Positions 25,171 to 34,134 of a DNA stretch of 53,947 nucleotides are shown here, piece by piece (position 1 is the first letter of the stretch; each line of letters starts with the position of its first letter). This stretch comes from an uncultured Bacilli bacterium. Lineage in GTDB: Bacteria; Bacillota_I; Bacilli_A; RF39; UBA660. The stretch covers positions 1-53,947 of the forward strand of contig CANRCN010000002.1 in the NCBI GenBank assembly GCA_947629135.1, read 5' to 3'. Under the pieces are notes generated by a model. The model had not been told where the DNA came from. It made no database searches and saw only the letters and a list, made by a program, of their open reading frames with translations. The position numbers and the translations under genes were made by a program.

Positions 25171-25828
25171 ACTTCATTTAATTAAAAAAAAGAAAATGAA
25201 TATCTTAGATATTAAGTTAGAAATAATAATTGATGAGTATTTAAATTATATAAGACACATGGAAGAGATGAATTTAAATGTTGCTAGTAGTTATTTAGTC
25301 ATGGCTTCTGAATTAATAGAAATAAAGTCAAGGATGTTGTTGCCTGGAAGTGAAACAGAAGATGAAGAAGAAGATCCAAAAGAAAATTTAGTTAATCGAT
25401 TAATTGAATATGAAAAATATAAAAATATGGTTCCAATCTTTAGAGAACTTGAAGAAGAAAGAAATAATTATAAAACTAAGAGTCCAACTAGTATATTAGA
25501 ATATAAAGAAGAAAAAAATTATACAAGTGAACTTACAATGGAAGATTTAGTTGCAGCTTACAAGAAATTTTTACAAAGATTAGAAGATGAAAAGCCTATT
25601 ACAACTAAAGTAACCAAAAAAGAAATATCAGTTGATGATCAAATAAAAAGTATTAGAGAAAAATTTAAAGTAAATAAAAAAATGAATTTTTTTGATTTAT
25701 TTGATGTTTATGCTAAAGATTATGTAATTGCAACTTTCTTAGCAATTCTTGAAATGTCTTCTAAAAGGGAGATTAGAATTATGCAAGAAGCAAATTTTGA
25801 TAATATTATAGTAGAGGTAGTAGAATGA
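25124..25828 (+). CDS. scpA: Segregation and condensation protein A
   Basis: The N-terminus is MYDISLDNFQGPMDLLLHLIKKKKMNILDI. I prefer ATG 25124, which follows AAAAGGTGA, over the track's GTG at 25115. Confidence 0.85.
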   Translation: MYDISLDNFQGPMDLLLHLIKKKKMNILDIKLEIIIDEYLNYIRHMEEMNLNVASSYLVMASELIEIKSRMLLPGSETEDEEEDPKENLVNRLIEYEKYKNMVPIFRELEEERNNYKTKSPTSILEYKEEKNYTSELTMEDLVAAYKKFLQRLEDEKPITTKVTKKEISVDDQIKSIREKFKVNKKMNFFDLFDVYAKDYVIATFLAILEMSSKREIRIMQEANFDNIIVEVVE

Positions 25829-26397
25829 ATTTAAAAGGTGTATTAGAAGGAATTTTATTCGTGGTTGGTGATGATGGAGCCACGTTAAATGAACTTATGG
25901 AAATTTTAGAATTAGATAAAGAAGAAATTTTAAATTTAATAGTAGAATTAAAAAAAGATTATGAAAAGGGTGATAGGGGAATTAGACTTAGTATTTTAGG
26001 TGATTCATTTAAGTTGACAACTAAGAAAGAACATCGTGATTATTATACAAGATTACTTGAAAGTGATGATGCAAATACTCTTTCTCCATCAGCTATTGAA
26101 ACTTTAGCTATTATTGCTTACAACGAACCAATTACTAGAGTTCAAGTTGATGAAATTAGAGGAGTAGGAACAGCTCCAATGATTAGAAAATTAGTAGCCA
26201 AAGGTTTTTTAAAAGAAGTTGGTAAAAGTGAGTTACCAGGACGACCTATTTTATATCAAACAACCAGTGAGTTTTTAGATTACTTTAATATGGAATCAAT
26301 TAAAGATTTACCTAAAATAGATGAGATTAAAGATGTTATAGACGATGTTGATTTATATGAATCCAAGTATACTGAAGATGATACAGAAGTAATATAA
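25825..26397 (+). CDS. scpB: Segregation and condensation protein B
   Basis: There is an ATGA overlap with scpA. The motifs are LEGILFVVGDDG and the winged-helix LSPSAIETLAIIAYNEPITR. Confidence 0.85.
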   Translation: MNLKGVLEGILFVVGDDGATLNELMEILELDKEEILNLIVELKKDYEKGDRGIRLSILGDSFKLTTKKEHRDYYTRLLESDDANTLSPSAIETLAIIAYNEPITRVQVDEIRGVGTAPMIRKLVAKGFLKEVGKSELPGRPILYQTTSEFLDYFNMESIKDLPKIDEIKDVIDDVDLYESKYTEDDTEVI

Positions 26398-26398
26398 T

Positions 26399-26422
26399 AA
26401 AAAAAAGAACTTTAAGTTCTTT
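26399..26422 (-). terminator. Hairpin terminator, probably bidirectional (serving scpB on + and tRNA-Gln on -)
   Basis: AAAGAAC TTTAA GTTCTTT hairpin. The A-run on the + strand becomes a T-run after the stem on the - strand. Confidence 0.5.
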
Positions 26423-26431
26423 AATTCAATT

Positions 26432-26505
26432 TGGTTGTCCTAGTTAGGTTCGAACTAACGCTCGTGGAGTCAGAGTCCACTGCCTTACCACTTGGCTATA
26501 GGACA
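26432..26505 (-). tRNA. tRNA-Gln (anticodon CUG), 74 nt with an encoded CCA
   Basis: The reverse complement TGTCCTATAGCCAAGTGGTAAGGCAGTGGACTCTGACTCCACGAGCGTTAGTTCGAACCTAACTAGGACAACCA folds as a cloverleaf. It has a perfect 7-bp acceptor stem (U1-A72), a 3-bp D stem, anticodon loop CU-CUG-AC, a TTCGAAC T-loop and discriminator A. Confidence 0.85.
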
Positions 26506-26566
26506 ATTTACAAATATATTTTATCATTAAAAACTAAATAATACAATATAAAATTTTATATATTGC

Positions 26567-26595
26567 TTGACAGTAATATAAAACTTTGGTATATT
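26567..26595 (+). promoter_or_regulatory. Sigma-A-type promoter
   Basis: TTGACA, a 17-nt spacer, then TATATT preceded by TGG. Confidence 0.5.
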
Positions 26596-26618
26596 AAACT
26601 CGATTAAGGGAGGAAAAT

Positions 26619-27149
26619 ATGAAGAAAAAAACAGGATTGATTTTATTATTAGTAGTTAGTTTATTAATAACAGGTTGTAGTCTTTTTAATGCAAATGAAA
26701 CAAAAGAGGAAGAAAAGAAAGAAGTTTCAAATGAACAAGTAATCAAAGAGGAAGGTTATAGTATTACTTTTTCAAAAGATTTTGAAAAAAAAGAAATAGA
26801 TGGATTTGATACTTTTTATCAAAATGAAAAAATTGGATTTACATCTTTAAGGGAACGTTTTGAAACTTTAGCAGCAATTAATATTAATAAAGATTCAACA
26901 CTTGCAGAGTATGGTGAAAAAATAATTGAAGCAAATAAAATTTTAAATACTTTTAAACCAAGTAAAGATGAAAGTTATATGTATACAACTTATGAAAAAT
27001 TTATTACTAATCAAACTTTTTACTATTATACAGTAGTAAAAAAAGGTACAGACTCTTTTTGGTTATTTAATTTCTTTTGTAGAAAATCTGATAAAGATCA
27101 AGAACTTGCTAATATAGAAAAATATGCAGCAACTCTTAAAGTTGATTAG
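26619..27149 (+). CDS. Putative lipoprotein
   Basis: Signal peptide with the lipobox LLITG-C, and a GGGAGG RBS. Confidence 0.6.
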   Translation: MKKKTGLILLLVVSLLITGCSLFNANETKEEEKKEVSNEQVIKEEGYSITFSKDFEKKEIDGFDTFYQNEKIGFTSLRERFETLAAININKDSTLAEYGEKIIEANKILNTFKPSKDESYMYTTYEKFITNQTFYYYTVVKKGTDSFWLFNFFCRKSDKDQELANIEKYAATLKVD

Positions 27150-27151
27150 TC

Positions 27152-27361
27152 ATGAAAAATTTACTAATAAAATTAATTAAATTATATCAGAAAACACCAG
27201 GACATTTCCATTCAGCTTGTAAATATTATCCAAGTTGTTCTAATTATACACTTGAAGCAATTCAAGAATATGGAGCTTTAAAAGGAAGCTATCTTGGATT
27301 AAAAAGAATATTAAGATGTAATCCTTTTTCCAAAGGAGGATATGATCCTTTAAAAAAATAA
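27152..27361 (+). CDS. yidD: Membrane protein insertion efficiency factor YidD
   Basis: The protein is 69 aa and carries LIKLYQK..CKYYPSCSNYTLEAIQEYGALKGSYLGLKRILRCNPF..GGYDP. Confidence 0.85.
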   Translation: MKNLLIKLIKLYQKTPGHFHSACKYYPSCSNYTLEAIQEYGALKGSYLGLKRILRCNPFSKGGYDPLKK

Positions 27362-27390
27362 AACTGTCTATTCACTATAGACAGTTTTAT
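27362..27390 (+). terminator. Hairpin terminator between convergent genes (overlaps the last codons of the minus-strand gene)
   Basis: ACTGTCTAT TCACT ATAGACAGT forms a 9-bp stem, followed by TTTTA. Confidence 0.55.
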
Positions 27391-28270
27391 CAAATGTATG
27401 TTCTTTAGTATCTAATTCAAGTAATTTACTATCTGAAATTAAGAAGAAATTATCTTCAAGTATATCTTTACCATCAGTTGTAATTGGATCATCCCAAGTT
27501 AAATCTAAATTATACCAATTATTATCTAAATAAACATAATTCCAAATATGGTTATCGCTTGAAATTCTATAACTTTTAACTCCAAATTTTTCTAAAAATA
27601 ACATCATACTATCTGTATAACCACCACATAAAGCATATCCTTCAATTAAAGCACCATAAGCTGTATCAGATTTATATTTAATAATATTGTTATCACTTCT
27701 TTCTTGATCATATTTAGTATGATTAATTATATAATCGTGAATTGTTTTAATCTTTTCTTTTGTTGTCATATCATCTGTAATATTTTTCTTAATAACATCT
27801 TCAACTTTATAATCTAAAATTAATTTCATATCATCTGTATAATTTCTATTTATTGATAAAGTAATTTTTCCATTTTCTCCAAACCCAGTTTCTAAATCTT
27901 TAAAACCATTATAGGGATGAACAAAGTTATTTATATTAGAAATAATAACTTGATTATTAGCAATATTTTTTACATCATTTATACAAGTAGTATAATCAGG
28001 ATCACAATAAAAAGTAAAGTTACTCATACCACTATTGATGACTGTATAGTATATATTTAAAATATCTTGCTTTGATTTAGGTATAAAATTAGTTGTATTA
28101 GAAACATAATTAAAATTATAATCACGATAGTTACCATTTTTAATTAAAGTAGTAGGAACTCTATCATTTGCAACAAAATATTTATTATAATAACTTATTA
28201 TTTCTTCTTTGTAATGAAACGTTACGAAAAAAATTAAAATAATTAATATAATAAAGACTATTCTTTTCAT
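27368..28270 (-). CDS. Membrane-anchored transglutaminase-like (cysteine protease fold) protein
   Basis: I moved the start to the ATG after GGGTGA. The core is ALCGGYTDSMMLFLEKFG ... SDNHIWNYVYLDNNWYNLDLTWDD, giving a Cys-His-Asp arrangement. Confidence 0.7.
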   Translation of the reverse strand: MKRIVFIILIILIFFVTFHYKEEIISYYNKYFVANDRVPTTLIKNGNYRDYNFNYVSNTTNFIPKSKQDILNIYYTVINSGMSNFTFYCDPDYTTCINDVKNIANNQVIISNINNFVHPYNGFKDLETGFGENGKITLSINRNYTDDMKLILDYKVEDVIKKNITDDMTTKEKIKTIHDYIINHTKYDQERSDNNIIKYKSDTAYGALIEGYALCGGYTDSMMLFLEKFGVKSYRISSDNHIWNYVYLDNNWYNLDLTWDDPITTDGKDILEDNFFLISDSKLLELDTKEHTFDKTVYSE

Positions 28271-28314
28271 ACGTATCACCCAAGTTTATTTTATCACAAA
28301 AAATGTAAAAAAAT

Positions 28315-28352
28315 ACAAAAAAAGTAACAATTTATGTAAAATTTTGTTACTT
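28315..28352 (-). terminator. Rho-independent terminator of rpsT
   Basis: On the minus strand, AGTAACAA ... TTGTTACT is followed by T7. The 5' arm includes the stop codon. Confidence 0.6.
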
Positions 28353-28613
28353 TGTTAAATTGTTGACAGATTTTTGTAATCTTGATTTAAGTCTTGCTGC
28401 TTTATTCTCGTGAACAATATTAATGTCTTGAGCTTTATCAATATTTTTAAAAGTTGTATTTAAAAGCTCTTTTGCTTCATCTTTATTGCCTTCTTTGATT
28501 GTTTTTTCTAACTTCTTGATAGAGTTTTTCATTCTAGATTCAACTAAAATGTTTTCATCACATTTTCTTTTACTAGTTAAAACTCTTTTTTTAGCACTTT
28601 TAATATTTGGCAT
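28347..28613 (-). CDS. rpsT: 30S ribosomal protein S20
   Basis: The N-terminus is MPNIKSAKKRVLTSKRK and the protein is 88 aa and basic. Confidence 0.9.
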   Translation of the reverse strand: MPNIKSAKKRVLTSKRKCDENILVESRMKNSIKKLEKTIKEGNKDEAKELLNTTFKNIDKAQDINIVHENKAARLKSRLQKSVNNLTK

Positions 28614-28720
28614 TTTGTCACCTCTTTCTTAAAACACATATATAATAACAAATTTTTACCTAAAAAGTCAATAATAATAGTAATTTTTTTAAAATTATCC
28701 ATACTATTTATGGTGATTTT

Positions 28721-29716
28721 ATGCATAAAGTAGATTTATCAAAGTATAATATTAGATCAGATTTAATAATTGAAGATAGTTCAAAGGATTTTATTAAAGA
28801 TAGTTATCATGAAAATGATATCCAAGTAGATTATATTAGATTAGAAGAAGAAAATATTTTAAAAAAGAAAAAAGGAGATTATATTACTATTAGTTTTCAA
28901 GATATAACAGATTCAAGTAACTTTACAAAAGTATATGATATTTTAGTTAAAGAATTAACTAAAATTTTAAAATTAACTAATATAAAAGATAGTGATAAGT
29001 GTTTAATAATTGGTCTTGGTAATAATAAATCAACTCCTGATTCTCTTGGCTCGGAAACTTTAAAAAATATAACAGTAACTAGACACTTATATAAATTAGG
29101 AGATGTTTCTTCAAAGTATCGTAATATTTCTATTTTAGAACCTAATGTATTTGGTAGTACAGGAATTGAATCTAAAGATGTTATTTTAGGAGTTGTACGT
29201 GAGATTAAACCAGACTTTATAATTGCAATTGATTCTTTAGCAGCTAGCAATATAGATAGATGTCAAAAGACTATTCAAATAACTAATACAGGAATTCATC
29301 CAGGATCAGGAATTGGTAATAATAGAGGAGAAATATCTAAAGAAACAATTCATATTCCAGTTATTGCAATAGGTATTCCAACGGTTGTTTCAAGTGCTGT
29401 GATTGTAAATGATACATTAAATTATTTAATGAGAAAAATAAGTTATCATAAAAATAACTATGCTAAAGATAAATTGATTCATAAAAATAATCTTAATTAT
29501 TTAAAAGCTAAAGATAATTTATCAAAAGAAGAGAAAGAAGAATTACTTGGTTTAGTTGGAAGTTTAAGTGATGATGATCGAAATGAACTTATTTATGAAG
29601 TATTAAATCCTATTGGTTATAATTTAATAGTAACTACAAAAGAAATTGACTTTATAATTGATAAATTAGGTAAACTTTTAGGTGAAGCTTTAAATAAATC
29701 TTTAAATTTTATGTGA
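28721..29716 (+). CDS. gpr: Germination protease (spore SASP endopeptidase)
   Basis: The motifs are IRSDLIIE, GLGNNKSTPDSLG, IDSLAASNIDRCQKTIQITNTGIHPGSGIGNNRGEI and IPVIAIGIPTVV. The gene is divergent from rpsT, as in other spore formers. Confidence 0.8.
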   Translation: MHKVDLSKYNIRSDLIIEDSSKDFIKDSYHENDIQVDYIRLEEENILKKKKGDYITISFQDITDSSNFTKVYDILVKELTKILKLTNIKDSDKCLIIGLGNNKSTPDSLGSETLKNITVTRHLYKLGDVSSKYRNISILEPNVFGSTGIESKDVILGVVREIKPDFIIAIDSLAASNIDRCQKTIQITNTGIHPGSGIGNNRGEISKETIHIPVIAIGIPTVVSSAVIVNDTLNYLMRKISYHKNNYAKDKLIHKNNLNYLKAKDNLSKEEKEELLGLVGSLSDDDRNELIYEVLNPIGYNLIVTTKEIDFIIDKLGKLLGEALNKSLNFM

Positions 29717-29928
29717 AAGTATTTCCAAAAAGCAAAAAATCTGATATGATTAACTCATGATAAAGGAAGTATGTGAGTTATGAAGAAAGTTAATAATTTG
29801 TCAACAATGGGTGGGCTTATTAGATACAATTAAACTATAATTAATATATAATAAAATAAACTATAAGCACAAAAAGTTTAGTATTTTTAATGCTAGATTT
29901 CTTTATGCTTTTTTAATGGGAGACAATC

Positions 29929-30050
29929 ATGAATAATCAAAAAAAATATTGATAATGGTAGTAGTCTTAAGTTTAATACTAATATTATCATCAAGTTATG
30001 CTCTTTTAAGAAGTTCAAAAATAAGTAAAAATAATTTAGAAAAACGTTAA
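29929..30050 (+). pseudogene. Frameshifted N-terminal remnant of a third giant-surface-protein paralog
   Basis: ATG AAT AAT CAA is followed by an A8 run (29939-29946) and then a stop. Adding one A gives MNNQKKILIMVVVLSLILILSSSYALLRSSKISKNNLEKR*, which matches the signal/TM plus TYAIL.YSK...NQL motif of the paralogs. The upstream TTTCTTTATGCTTTTTTAAT matches 17098-17117. Confidence 0.4.
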
Positions 30051-30123
30051 AGCTCGAATTTTTCCGTGTATATGAAATATAGGAGGATCTATACACTGGA
30101 AAAGAGGAGAGATACCTATTAAT

Positions 30124-30942
30124 TTGTTTAGATTCTCTAGAAATGAAGAATTAGAAAAGAAGAAAATTTATTTAGAACCCTTAACTAATCAGAATATGAC
30201 ATTAGGAGAAAAGAAAACAGAATGTGATATAGCAGTATCGGTAAAGAATGATAAGAGAATAACAGATAAAATAATGCTAGAAGTAAATATTAGAAGTAGT
30301 GCTTATCAAACAACACTTGATAGAAATAACTTTTATTTTAGTGATATGATAGCAAATGATTTTTCAGAAAGTGAAGATTATAGCAAATTACCAAATAACC
30401 TCTTGATCAATTTCAATAATTTTTCATTGAATAAAAGAGGATTAATATTTGATGAGTATATGTATCGTAATATATATGGTGATATATTAACGAAAAAAAG
30501 TAGAATATTGAATATAGATATTGAAAAATGCTATCATTTATGGTACACTAAAAACATAAAAGATGAAGAAATTGATAGTTATAGTAAGGATTTGACACTA
30601 ATTTCAGCAGCATTGTCAATGAACAAAAAGAAAGAGTTTATGAATTGTATGAACAAAGTTGAAATGAGTACTGAAATTAGACAAGAGATGGAAGGAGTGC
30701 TAGATAATATGTGTAGGGATCAAAAGTTAGTTAGCAAGTACTACAGTCGAGAAGAAGAAGAAAGACGAATTCAAGAAGGAATTTATAATGAAATTAAAGA
30801 AAAAACAACTAATAAGATCAAAAAAGAAATGATTATTAAGATGTATAAAGACAATGTATCTTTAGAAAAAATTTCAACTTATTCTTCTTTATCTTATTCA
30901 GAAGTAGAAGAAATAATTAATGATTATCTTGCACATTCTTAG
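30124..30942 (+). CDS. PD-(D/E)XK nuclease family transposase-like (Rpn/YhgA-like) protein, probably 5'-truncated or using a TTG start
   Basis: The pattern EKKTECDIAVSV ... IMLEVNIRS ... DRNNFYFSDMI ... YSKLPNNLLINFNNFSL follows the family layout (D...IEMQ...kR..yY...Y..l.pvi.I). There is no in-frame ATG upstream. The call is from memory. Confidence 0.5.
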   Translation: MFRFSRNEELEKKKIYLEPLTNQNMTLGEKKTECDIAVSVKNDKRITDKIMLEVNIRSSAYQTTLDRNNFYFSDMIANDFSESEDYSKLPNNLLINFNNFSLNKRGLIFDEYMYRNIYGDILTKKSRILNIDIEKCYHLWYTKNIKDEEIDSYSKDLTLISAALSMNKKKEFMNCMNKVEMSTEIRQEMEGVLDNMCRDQKLVSKYYSREEEERRIQEGIYNEIKEKTTNKIKKEMIIKMYKDNVSLEKISTYSSLSYSEVEEIINDYLAHS

Positions 30943-31156
30943 AGAATAGTTTTAAAAACTATCTGAAAATATAATTAATAATGTTTTAAAAAGGTGAAAA
31001 ATTTCATCTTTTTATATTCTTTAAATTCATACAAAAGAAAGAAAAAAATAATTTTATAAAATCGTTAAAATTGGAATTAGAAAAAACAAATCTTTAAATT
31101 TTTAATTTACAAGAAAAAAAACTTATTATATAATAGAAGTATAATTGAGGTGGCTT

Positions 31157-31639
31157 ATGAATAAAAATGGGTTTACGACAATTGAACTTTTATTAACGAT
31201 GATTTTAGTAGTTATTGTTATGTCAACGATTACAAGTGTTACATATGTTTATCGTGATAGAAGTGATTATGAAGAAGTTTTAACTGAGGTAATTAATTAT
31301 AAAAATAATGTAACTAAAGTTATCTATGACGATATATTAACTACTACAACATCTGATAAAATTACATCTATGAGTAAAGTAGATAATAAAAATTATACTT
31401 TGAGGTCATCAAGTAAAACTTATTCTTTAACAGTAATAGATGAACTTAATAAAAAAGGAATTGCTTATGGAGAAAGTGGAGGAGTAATTGAATATATTAT
31501 TCCAGGTTCTGAAGATGGTTTAGTTGATATAAATGGAGTAGATTTTCCAACTCCTGCAAATGGTGTTTATACATTTGAATTATATTTTCATCATCGAATG
31601 TTAGATAAAACTTTTAAAATAAAATTTACAATTTCATAA
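31157..31639 (+). CDS. Prepilin-type N-terminal cleavage/methylation domain protein (type IV pilin / pseudopilin-like)
   Basis: ATG 31157 follows GAGGTGG. The N-terminus MNKNG/FTTIELLLTMILVVIVMS has the G-F..IE class III signal with Glu at +5. Confidence 0.7.
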   Translation: MNKNGFTTIELLLTMILVVIVMSTITSVTYVYRDRSDYEEVLTEVINYKNNVTKVIYDDILTTTTSDKITSMSKVDNKNYTLRSSSKTYSLTVIDELNKKGIAYGESGGVIEYIIPGSEDGLVDINGVDFPTPANGVYTFELYFHHRMLDKTFKIKFTIS

Positions 31640-32561
31640 TATAAAGAATTAAAAAAACTAAACTAAAAGAAATAATTCCATGCATAATTCTAGCAATTAA
31701 ATAATCTTTATATTTTAATTTATAATCACTTAAAATACTAAATACTTGTAAATGAATACTAAGCCCTCCAAAAGAAATAAAGAAAGTAATAACACTAGCT
31801 TTTATTATTAAAGGAAGAGTTGTATTTGATATAAAATAAATTCCTTGAGTCATTTCTAAAAGACCACATATTAAACTATTAATATTATTATTAAATGGAA
31901 AATTAGCTTTAATTAATGATGTTATAATCATGAAAAAAGTAATAATACCATAAAGTAAAAATAAAATTTTAATTGTATTTAAAATTGAATTTGAAAGACA
32001 TGTAACAAAACTATCTTTCTTTTTTTCTTTTAATTTAATATTTGAGTCAAAGTTTACATAATAATTTCTATTAATAATGCCTATAATAACATTAGTTAAA
32101 TAATGAATAATTAAGATTATAATTCCAATTTTTTTATTATTTAAAAAAGTAACACCAATACTTTCAATTATAAATAAAGGATTAGAAAAATGTGTAAATA
32201 ATAAAAGTTTAGAAGCTTCTTGATTATTAATAATTTTATTATCAAGAAGATTTTTTAAATATTTACTATTACTAGGAAATCCACTTAAAGTTGAAAGAAG
32301 AAAAACAAAAGAAGTTTCTTCTTTCATTTTAAAAACTTTTTTCATAAATTTACCAAATATTTTTGATAAATAAAAAATAGCATTATAATTTAAAAGTAGA
32401 TCTATAATAATATAAATAGGTAAAATAGTTGGTACTAAATTGTAAAACCAAATGGAAGTACTTTTAATAATGGTACTAATAACAATATTTGAATGATCAA
32501 ATATTTCAAATAAAAAAATAAAAATAATAAAACAAATTAATAAATTAAATTTTTTCTTCAT
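31626..32561 (-). CDS. Polytopic membrane protein, YlbJ-like (sporulation integral membrane protein / nucleoside-recognition 'gate' domains)
   Basis: The protein has about 8 TM segments and the patch LSGFPSNSKYLKNLLD..I...EASKLLLFTHFSNPLF. It neighbours a ylbL-like gene, as in Bacillus. Confidence 0.5.
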   Translation of the reverse strand: MKKKFNLLICFIIFIFLFEIFDHSNIVISTIIKSTSIWFYNLVPTILPIYIIIDLLLNYNAIFYLSKIFGKFMKKVFKMKEETSFVFLLSTLSGFPSNSKYLKNLLDNKIINNQEASKLLLFTHFSNPLFIIESIGVTFLNNKKIGIIILIIHYLTNVIIGIINRNYYVNFDSNIKLKEKKKDSFVTCLSNSILNTIKILFLLYGIITFFMIITSLIKANFPFNNNINSLICGLLEMTQGIYFISNTTLPLIIKASVITFFISFGGLSIHLQVFSILSDYKLKYKDYLIARIMHGIISFSLVFLILYIMKL

Positions 32562-32600
32562 AAATAATCCTTTTTTTGTTATAATTAAATAGGTGATGTT

Positions 32601-33608
32601 ATGTTTACTAAAATATATGAATGGTTACGTAAGTTTATTAAAGAAAATTATAAAGAATTAATTATTTATTTAGTATTATTTATTGTATTGACTTATCCTT
32701 TGCCTTATTATATTTTTGTTGGAGGAGGTACTATTGATTTAGAAGATAGAATAGTTTTAGATAGTAATGAAAAAGGAAGTTATAATCTAGCATATGTAAA
32801 ACAGATAAATGCAACAATTCCTACTTATTTATTAAGCTTTATTTTTAGTAAATGGGATGTTGAAAAGGTTAGTAGTTATACAGTTGATGATAGTGAAACA
32901 AGAGTTGATGTAAACAATCGTGAAAGATTGTATCTTGAAGAAGCTAATTCTAATGCTATTATCAATGCTTATACTTTAGCTGGTAAAGATATAGATATTA
33001 AAAGTTCAGATTATAAAGTTATTTATGTAAATGAAAATAGTGATACAGATATTAAAATAGGTGATACTTTATTAAGTGTTAATGGAGTATCAGTTTCTAA
33101 TAATTCAGAATATAAAGAATACTTAAGTGGATTAAATGTTGGAGATAAGTTGAATGTTAAAGTTAAAAGAAATGGTAAAGAAGTTGATTGTTATGCTAAG
33201 TTAGTAAAAGTAGATGGAGAAAAAGTAATTGGTCTTTATCTAGTTAATATTTATGATTATGAAGTTGATCCTAAAATTGAATTAAAATTTAAATCGAATG
33301 AGTCAGGTCCAAGTGGAGGATTTATGTTATCACTTGCAATTTATGATAGATTAGTTTCTGAAGATTTAACTAAAGGTCGAAAGATTGTTGGAACAGGTAC
33401 AATTGATGCCTCTGGTAATGTTGGAGAAATAGGAGGAGTCAAGTATAAATTAATTGGAGCTGTTAAAGAAAAAGCTGATATTTTCTTTGTTCCTAAAGAA
33501 AATTATGAAGAAGCTATTGAAACAAAAAAGAAATATAAATATGATATAAATGTAATAAAAGTTTCAAAATTAGAAGATGCTATTAAATATTTACAGGAAA
33601 ATGATTAA
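32601..33608 (+). CDS. YlbL/SepM-type membrane-anchored protease (PDZ domain plus Lon-like S16 C-terminal domain)
   Basis: The protein has a TM anchor, a PDZ-like IKIGDTLLSVNGVSV, and ESGPSGGFMLSLAIYD and GTGTIDASGNVGEIGGVKYKLIGA motifs. Confidence 0.75.
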   Translation: MFTKIYEWLRKFIKENYKELIIYLVLFIVLTYPLPYYIFVGGGTIDLEDRIVLDSNEKGSYNLAYVKQINATIPTYLLSFIFSKWDVEKVSSYTVDDSETRVDVNNRERLYLEEANSNAIINAYTLAGKDIDIKSSDYKVIYVNENSDTDIKIGDTLLSVNGVSVSNNSEYKEYLSGLNVGDKLNVKVKRNGKEVDCYAKLVKVDGEKVIGLYLVNIYDYEVDPKIELKFKSNESGPSGGFMLSLAIYDRLVSEDLTKGRKIVGTGTIDASGNVGEIGGVKYKLIGAVKEKADIFFVPKENYEEAIETKKKYKYDINVIKVSKLEDAIKYLQEND

Positions 33609-33681
33609 AAATAATTAAAAAAGTAAAATTTTCGTTGTCATTTTTAAAGTTTTGGTGTAATATATAAGCAGGTGAATTGAA

Positions 33682-34107
33682 ATGGGGAATTTAATAATTT
33701 TTTATGATAAAAATCGTAATATTTCAAGAATAGTTGCAAATTATCGAAAAGAGTATCAAGCTAGAGTTTTCGAAATATTAACTGAGAATACTTATAGTTT
33801 CTTTGATAAAATTAGCAACGATAAATCTAAAGTTAGATTACGTAATTATAGTATTAATTTGTCTAATTATGATAATGTAATTTTAATAACCAATCTATGG
33901 CATGATCAAGTTCCAGCTCCTGTTTTAAGATTTCTTGAACAACAAACTGGGAAGATAAAAAATATTATATATGTTCTATATAATAAAAATAAAGATGATA
34001 AACCAGCTCTATTTGATGAAATGGATAAAATTTTAAATTTAAGACGAAGTAAATCTTACTTTGTAACATTAGCTAAAAATGATATTCATGTTAGAGTATA
34101 TCAATAA
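33682..34107 (+). CDS. Small flavodoxin-fold-like protein, function unknown
   Basis: The layout IIFYDK...RIVANY ... NVILITNLWHDQVPAPVLRFLEQ resembles short flavodoxin-like proteins, but the T/S-x-T-G-x-T FMN loop is not evident. Confidence 0.35.
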   Translation: MGNLIIFYDKNRNISRIVANYRKEYQARVFEILTENTYSFFDKISNDKSKVRLRNYSINLSNYDNVILITNLWHDQVPAPVLRFLEQQTGKIKNIIYVLYNKNKDDKPALFDEMDKILNLRRSKSYFVTLAKNDIHVRVYQ

Positions 34108-34134
34108 ATAAATTGTATAGGGGTGTAAAGTAGT

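Noticed and set aside
29893-30096. 67-aa minus-strand ORF opposite the pseudogene remnant
   Set aside because: The plus strand here carries the recognisable, frameshifted N-terminus of the surface-protein family. The minus-strand ORF has no RBS or motif.
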